DNA of 11,850 nucleotides from a virus (Duplodnaviria; Heunggongvirae; Uroviricota; Caudoviricetes): IMG/VR virus record IMGVR_UViG_3300029190_000061, positions 1 to 11,850 of that record; one strand, 5' to 3'. Shown piece by piece: positions 7,927 to 11,850 of this stretch (position 1 is its first letter; each line of letters starts with the position of its first letter). The notes under the pieces were generated by a model. It saw only the letters and a program-made list of their open reading frames with translations, ran no database searches and was not told where the DNA came from. The position numbers and the translations under genes were made by a program.

Positions 7927-8075
7927 TTTCGCACTCCCGTCTCGTGAACAACCCGATACACACGCTTACCGACACGAAGTGTTTTGGTTTGCAGTTCCTG
8001 CTGGACCAGGGCGCGGCAGATTGCGAGGCCGAGGCCCACGCCACCAGTGAATGATAAAATGATGTATGGAATCAT
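7923..8075 (-). CDS. Putative small membrane peptide (50 aa), MIPYIILSFTGGVGLGLAICRAL...
   Basis: Hand-translated and below the ORF-track size cutoff. Start overlaps the upstream stop as TGATG and the stop overlaps the downstream start as ATGA. GGGGG lies 8 nt upstream. Confidence 0.35.
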   Translation of the reverse strand: MIPYIILSFTGGVGLGLAICRALVQQELQTKTLRVGKRVYRVVHETGVRK

Positions 8076-8287
8076 CAGTATGCCCCCGCCTCAGTCAATT
8101 GCTGCAACAACAAATAACCTTTTTCAGTCAGTTGATAGTTCTCAATACATCCCTTTGGAGAAACGTTGGCGACAAGATTCATGCGCTCCAGTTTGGCTCT
8201 GGTCTTCGGCTTCCAGTTGGCGTAGAACTCCTTCCACTTGCTGATTTCACGCAGGGTTTCCTTCTCTCGTTTACTTAACATGCTCAT
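8075..8287 (-). CDS. Small protein (70 aa), possibly winged-helix DNA-binding
   Basis: Track ORF with a strong SD AAGGAG 7 nt upstream of the ATG at 8287. The C-terminal NYQLTEKGYLLLQQL segment looks like a winged-helix recognition element; this is an impression, not a domain hit. Confidence 0.6.
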   Translation of the reverse strand: MSMLSKREKETLREISKWKEFYANWKPKTRAKLERMNLVANVSPKGCIENYQLTEKGYLLLQQLTEAGAY

Positions 8288-8450
8288 CCTTAATCTCCTT
8301 CAGTGTGTCCGTGATATCTACTATGCGATAAATACGACCTCGCCTTTGCATGACACCGGCTTTTACGTAATCGTGGATACAGCTGGACATAACCAGACTT
8401 CCGATAACAATGCCGACGACTAAAAATACAAACATCCAGCCGAGCATCAT
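8271..8450 (-). CDS. Putative small membrane peptide (59 aa), MMLGWMFVFLVVGIVIGSLVM...
   Basis: Hand-translated; ATG at 8450 overlaps the ligase TGA stop as ATGA, with GGAG about 8 nt upstream. Contains the SD of the next gene. Below the ORF-track cutoff. Confidence 0.35.
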   Translation of the reverse strand: MMLGWMFVFLVVGIVIGSLVMSSCIHDYVKAGVMQRRGRIYRIVDITDTLKEIKDEHVK

Positions 8451-9769
8451 TCTTTATCTCCAATACGATCTTCGGTATCTCGAAGACATTTAGGCCACTT
8501 CAGACGTGGATGACGCAAGCTACCATCTGGCGTTTTCTCATGGCAGTGAACCTCAACGATGCGTCCACGATACTTCTCCTGATTGTTCCAGATTTCATCC
8601 AGGTATTTATGCTTGATACCGCTGGCACGAACGATGACGCCGTTCTCCAGACGAATCACTATCTTGCCTAGCGTATGCGCAAATCCAGAATCCGGATCGC
8701 CAGGCTCGAAGTCGATGATTTCACCGTCTTCTGAATCCTCGTCTTTCAGCTTCCACCAGCTGCGGGTACGTTTGAACTCGTAAACTGAATCCGGATCTTT
8801 GCCCATCTCTCCCTCTTCATTCTCGTCCAGTCGCTTCATGAAACGTTCGATGAAATCTTCGTGGCTATGGATGATGTAGAACGGATGAAGGTGGATATCT
8901 TGCGCATAATCTTCCACGCAAGTGTTGCGGAACAACGCCACCAGCATAGCCAGGCGCTCTTTCAGCTTCATACCGGTCTTCAGGTACTCTTTGCTTTTTG
9001 CTTGAGCACGCCACTCCGGTAAGAAGAAATCGAAAATGTGGTAAACGGCACCAATGGCTTTCACGTTCTTCTTACGAAGCGCCGACACTGACTGGTTGAA
9101 TGTACCTGCAGTGCCCTCTCCATCGAAGAAGATGTGATTGAAGCCGGAGAGTCTGCTCCGCTCCAGCATGGCTGGTTTAAGGTGATCGAGTGACGTAATC
9201 GGATTGCCGGTGCGCGTCAGGAAATTGACCTCACCCTCGTCCACGATGACTTCGCAGATAACCCGGAGACCATCGAGTTTGAGACTGCCGATCATTGGCC
9301 ACTTGGCCTTTGGATTTGGTTTAAATGGGTATTTGTCGCCTTTCTCCTTGTACGGAGACGCCAGCTGTACCTCAAACTTCGGAATTGGGTTTTCGAACAC
9401 CTTGTTGCACAGGCTGATGCCGACACCGGCTTTCGGATCTTTCAGCAGGAAGCGACGAAACACGTCCTGCCCGTCAGCGCACATCGAGGCAACGAGTGAT
9501 TCGACAGCAGCAATAGCGATGTTCCCGGTCAGTTCGCGCGCTGCCAGCTTCTCCAGCAGATCTACTACCTTCTGGTCGCTGGGTACGGAAGTATCGAGTG
9601 ACTCGGCCACTTTGTACTTCTTCACACCGAATCGAATGAATGGATTGAGCATTAGCGAGACCATGCTCTGTTCAAATTCATCCAGATTGGCCAGCGCCTC
9701 TTTCTTGGCGTTGGTTCCCATCGTTTTAATAGCATCCAGCTTGTGCTTTAGGGCGATCAGTTTTTCCAT
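8447..9769 (-). CDS. ATP-dependent DNA ligase, T4-like architecture
   Basis: Nucleotidyltransferase motifs in canonical order: I KLDGLR (Lys at about residue 164), III FFDGEG, IIIa YHIFDFF, IV EGEMGK, V WWKLK. SD GGAGG 8 nt upstream of the ATG at 9769. Confidence 0.85.
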   Translation of the reverse strand: MEKLIALKHKLDAIKTMGTNAKKEALANLDEFEQSMVSLMLNPFIRFGVKKYKVAESLDTSVPSDQKVVDLLEKLAARELTGNIAIAAVESLVASMCADGQDVFRRFLLKDPKAGVGISLCNKVFENPIPKFEVQLASPYKEKGDKYPFKPNPKAKWPMIGSLKLDGLRVICEVIVDEGEVNFLTRTGNPITSLDHLKPAMLERSRLSGFNHIFFDGEGTAGTFNQSVSALRKKNVKAIGAVYHIFDFFLPEWRAQAKSKEYLKTGMKLKERLAMLVALFRNTCVEDYAQDIHLHPFYIIHSHEDFIERFMKRLDENEEGEMGKDPDSVYEFKRTRSWWKLKDEDSEDGEIIDFEPGDPDSGFAHTLGKIVIRLENGVIVRASGIKHKYLDEIWNNQEKYRGRIVEVHCHEKTPDGSLRHPRLKWPKCLRDTEDRIGDKE

Positions 9770-9803
9770 TAGTGTTTAACCTCCATCGGTCGCTCGGGAG
9801 TTT

Positions 9804-10280
9804 TCATGTGTTTTCTTTGGTTGCTTCTTCAATGAGTGCCGCGTACACGTCAGTGACCGGCGCCAGTGAATCGGTGGGCTTGGTTTCGGATTTAGCAGGT
9901 TCTGTTTTCTTCGTGCGATGAATAAGACTGTCAATTGTCGCGGTGTTTCGCTTCCGGGGGAGCGTTCTGGCATGGTCGTTTTGCTCTTCCACTTCTTTGA
10001 TAAGTGAAGACATATCGATGAAGTAGAGCTGTTCGTCTTTGCGGATCTCTTCGACCATCATTTTCAGTGCCTGACATTTACCAGCAGCAATAGCCGCAGC
10101 GCAGGACTGGAACGATGTAGCCGGGAGACGTTTTTCTTTATAGGCGAGGATCGTGTGTTGGCAGACTGTATAGCTGCAATGAGCCTCATGGCCGTTGAGC
10201 TTCACTTCCGGGCAGCGCAGCGAATAACCGTTGTTTCCGGAGATAGACGGGATTTTCGACAAATCTGTTCTTGTGGACAT
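9804..10280 (-). CDS. Hypothetical protein (158 aa) with an N-terminal Cys/His cluster
   Basis: Track ORF. CPEVKLNGHEAHCSYTVCQHT suggests possible metal binding. A half-copy of the AGTAAGTA motif (plus-strand ACTTACTTAT at 10301..10310) sits just upstream of the start. Confidence 0.55.
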   Translation of the reverse strand: MSTRTDLSKIPSISGNNGYSLRCPEVKLNGHEAHCSYTVCQHTILAYKEKRLPATSFQSCAAAIAAGKCQALKMMVEEIRKDEQLYFIDMSSLIKEVEEQNDHARTLPRKRNTATIDSLIHRTKKTEPAKSETKPTDSLAPVTDVYAALIEEATKENT

Positions 10281-10327
10281 GCTTCTAACCGTAATCTTGT
10301 ACTTACTTATTAATCGCAGTTTAAAGA

Positions 10328-10344
10328 AGCCCCACGAGGGGGCT
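10328..10344 (-). terminator. Putative intrinsic terminator after the 270-aa gene
   Basis: Stem AGCCCC / GGGGCT with a 5-nt loop, followed on the minus strand by TCTTTAAA; 18 nt downstream of the 270-aa stop. Confidence 0.4.
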
Positions 10345-10361
10345 AAATGTTTTATCGAGGC

Positions 10362-11174
10362 TTACCAGGTCGCCCAGCCAGTCATTTTGTCCTGAGCAGC
10401 TTCGAACCGGTATGGGTCCAGTAAATCGTTGGTACGATGAACGGCGTAGGATTTGGCTTCTTGTTTAATCATGGGTAATTCGTTGGCCAGACGAGCCACT
10501 TGCCCTGCAAAACTGGCGAGTACTCCGTCACATGCCTGACCCGCGTCGACAATGATGCGCACCAGGTCTAAGTCGCTGCGGCACATATCGCAGATAATGC
10601 CGTATTCCACCTCACGAATGCGCTCAACGGCTTTTTTGATATCGCCACTGACCACCAATTCCAGCAAACCAGGTGGAGTTGTCAGATCTGTTACGCGCTC
10701 GGTAACTTCAGACTGTTCGACAATACTCAGGAACGCCGCGATGGACGGGTCATCCGCCACACCAGCTCTGACTTTGAGCGTGCGAAGAGTTGCGTCGACA
10801 ATATCCTCACACCGTTCACCTTCATCGCACACAGTCTGATTGGTGTAGACAGTCTGATTAGTGTAGACAATGCGACCGTCGTACCATGCACCGGTACTCA
10901 CTTCGACCGTTGCGTCTTTCATCTCGCGAGAGAACGCCACAAGTGCCGCGCGTTTCTGCTTAACACCTGGCAACTCCGGGGACTCTCCAAAACGAACCCA
11001 GACCTGCATGTATTTCGAGCCTTCCGAAAGAGGTGCGGCGCTCACGGACGTGGCGATATGCTCCAGCGCAGTTTGGATCGCCTCGTCGATAATCTTCTGG
11101 CGCTCTTCTGTATCAATTTCTACGCCGGATTTGTCGATGATGTCGCAGACTAACTTCTGAAATTCTTCTTTCAT
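10362..11174 (-). CDS. Hypothetical protein (270 aa)
   Basis: Track ORF with SD AGGAG 7 nt upstream of the ATG at 11174. Contains an in-frame tandem duplication (VYTNQT twice). No recognisable motif. Confidence 0.6.
   Translation of the reverse strand: MKEEFQKLVCDIIDKSGVEIDTEERQKIIDEAIQTALEHIATSVSAAPLSEGSKYMQVWVRFGESPELPGVKQKRAALVAFSREMKDATVEVSTGAWYDGRIVYTNQTVYTNQTVCDEGERCEDIVDATLRTLKVRAGVADDPSIAAFLSIVEQSEVTERVTDLTTPPGLLELVVSGDIKKAVERIREVEYGIICDMCRSDLDLVRIIVDAGQACDGVLASFAGQVARLANELPMIKQEAKSYAVHRTNDLLDPYRFEAAQDKMTGWATW
10833..10868. repeat. Two tandem 18-bp units (AGTCTGATTGGTGTAGAC / AGTCTGATTAGTGTAGAC) inside the 270-aa CDS
   Basis: Units at 10833..10850 and 10851..10868 differ at one base. 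In frame, encoding VYTNQT-VYTNQT. Confidence 0.7.
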
Positions 11175-11218
11175 AGCAACTCCTGACTAACAGATGAAAG
11201 TATTCTTTCAGAAAGATA

Positions 11219-11236
11219 AGTAAGTATCTACTTATT
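11219..11236. promoter_or_regulatory. Near-palindromic motif AGTAAGTA-TC-TACTTATT (site D), upstream of the 270-aa gene
   Basis: Direct sequence reading. A minus-strand TATAAT (plus 11234..11239) overlaps the right arm, 60 nt upstream of the ATG at 11174. Confidence 0.45.
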
Positions 11237-11249
11237 ATATCGGGCGCAA

Positions 11250-11702
11250 TAGTCTGCTATACGAAGAAGCCAGGCGTAAAAACCACTCGGATGCACATCC
11301 AGCACCCGACAAAGCAGTCGGACAGGCCAGCAATGGGTGTTGTCACGGATAAAGGCGTACCTCAGTCGGACAGCTTTGCGAAGTACGCCGCGCTTTTTTT
11401 AATATGTCCCGTTCGTCGGTAACCCGCTTCAGCTCTTTCTGGAGACGGCGGATCTCGGCCTGAGCATCTGACTGTTCTTTATTAGTGGAAGAATCCGGAC
11501 CGTACTTCTTTATCCAGGAGTAAAGGCTGTGGGTGGTGATATCGAGACGTGTTGCAACGCTGGCAACAGAATAACCGCGATCAACAACCTGTTTGACTGC
11601 TTCAATTTTAAACTCTTCGGGATAACGCTTACCGCTCATGGGCACCTCTCTTTAAGTCATCTTAAATGACTCTGAGGTGTCTATTAAACCTGTGGCGATT
11701 CA
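11250..11702 (-). mobile_element. Truncated IS3-family insertion sequence (left end, OrfA and the first ~45 codons of OrfB)
   Basis: Terminus TGAATCGCCACAGG on the minus strand at 11702. OrfA with HTH and leucine-zipper-like tail. A-run slippery site at 11394..11400. The OrfB-like frame (WPVRLLCRVLDVHPSGFYAW) stops after about 45 codons and only about 170 nt remain before the next gene, so most of OrfB is missing. Inner boundary is approximate. Confidence 0.6.
11343..11645 (-). CDS. IS3-family transposase OrfA (HTH / leucine-zipper N-terminal part)
   Basis: MPMSGKRYPEEFKIEAVKQVV...LQKELKRVTDERDILKKA is the typical IS3-family OrfA pattern. ATG at 11645 is preceded by AGAGAGG. Confidence 0.85.
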   Translation of the reverse strand: MPMSGKRYPEEFKIEAVKQVVDRGYSVASVATRLDITTHSLYSWIKKYGPDSSTNKEQSDAQAEIRRLQKELKRVTDERDILKKARRTSQSCPTEVRLYP

Positions 11703-11850
11703 TTCGTCTTGTTTATCAGGTTATTGATGATATGTTAATTATTGCGGTAGTCGCAGTAGGTAAACGTGAACGTAGCAACGTTTATCATCTCGCCAGTGAA
11801 CGGATGAAATAATATCCTGGTCAGCACTCTTTCTTACCTGCTTCCATTTT

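Noticed and set aside
7802-8044. Minus-strand ORF of 80 aa
   Set aside because: Out of frame and overlapping the translationally coupled 50-aa and 101-aa ORFs, which have SD sequences and start/stop coupling.
8066-9779. Plus-strand ORFs 7984..8244, 8066..8278, 8238..8423, 8583..8783 and 9204..9779
   Set aside because: Antisense to the ligase and small-gene operon, low-complexity Ser/Pro-rich translations, no start signals.
9776-11160. Minus-strand ORF 9776..9973 and plus-strand ORFs 10552..10839 and 10870..11160
   Set aside because: Alternative-frame or antisense overlaps with the 158-aa and 270-aa CDSs.
11703-11850. 26-codon plus-strand ORF (MLIIAVVAVGKRERSNVYHLASERMK) beyond the IS end
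   Set aside because: Too short, with no SD or recognisable motif; probably just flanking sequence.
1-11850. CRISPR array, rRNA, or retron-like element
   Set aside because: No regularly spaced direct repeats, no rRNA-like conserved stretches, and no reverse transcriptase ORF next to the structured non-coding regions.

Overview
This window reads as mobile-element DNA (prophage, phage-plasmid or integrative island), with almost all genes on the minus strand. From left to right: a CobS-like AAA+ ATPase (partial, runs off the window start) and a CobT-like VWA protein with a long acidic linker, preceded by a 70-aa ORF; a divergent AT-rich promoter region; a small HTH regulator converging on a tyrosine recombinase; a YafO-like toxin with an unusually large upstream partner; a roughly 1-kb non-coding stretch holding a tRNA-Asn(GTT) that does not look like the enterobacterial one, a terminator and two long inverted repeats; then an operon of two unknown proteins, a T4-like ATP-dependent DNA ligase and four small translationally coupled genes; and finally a truncated IS3-family element. 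The signals I would follow up first are (1) a near-palindromic 18-bp motif AGTAAGTA-NN-TACTTATY recurring at operon boundaries, (2) a perfect 12-7-12 palindrome upstream of the recombinase whose half-site recurs twice as an identical 15-mer, and (3) the CobS/CobT-like pair with extra zinc-finger-like and HExxH features. No CRISPR array or rRNA was seen. All functional calls come from motif reading and recall of protein families, not from database searches.
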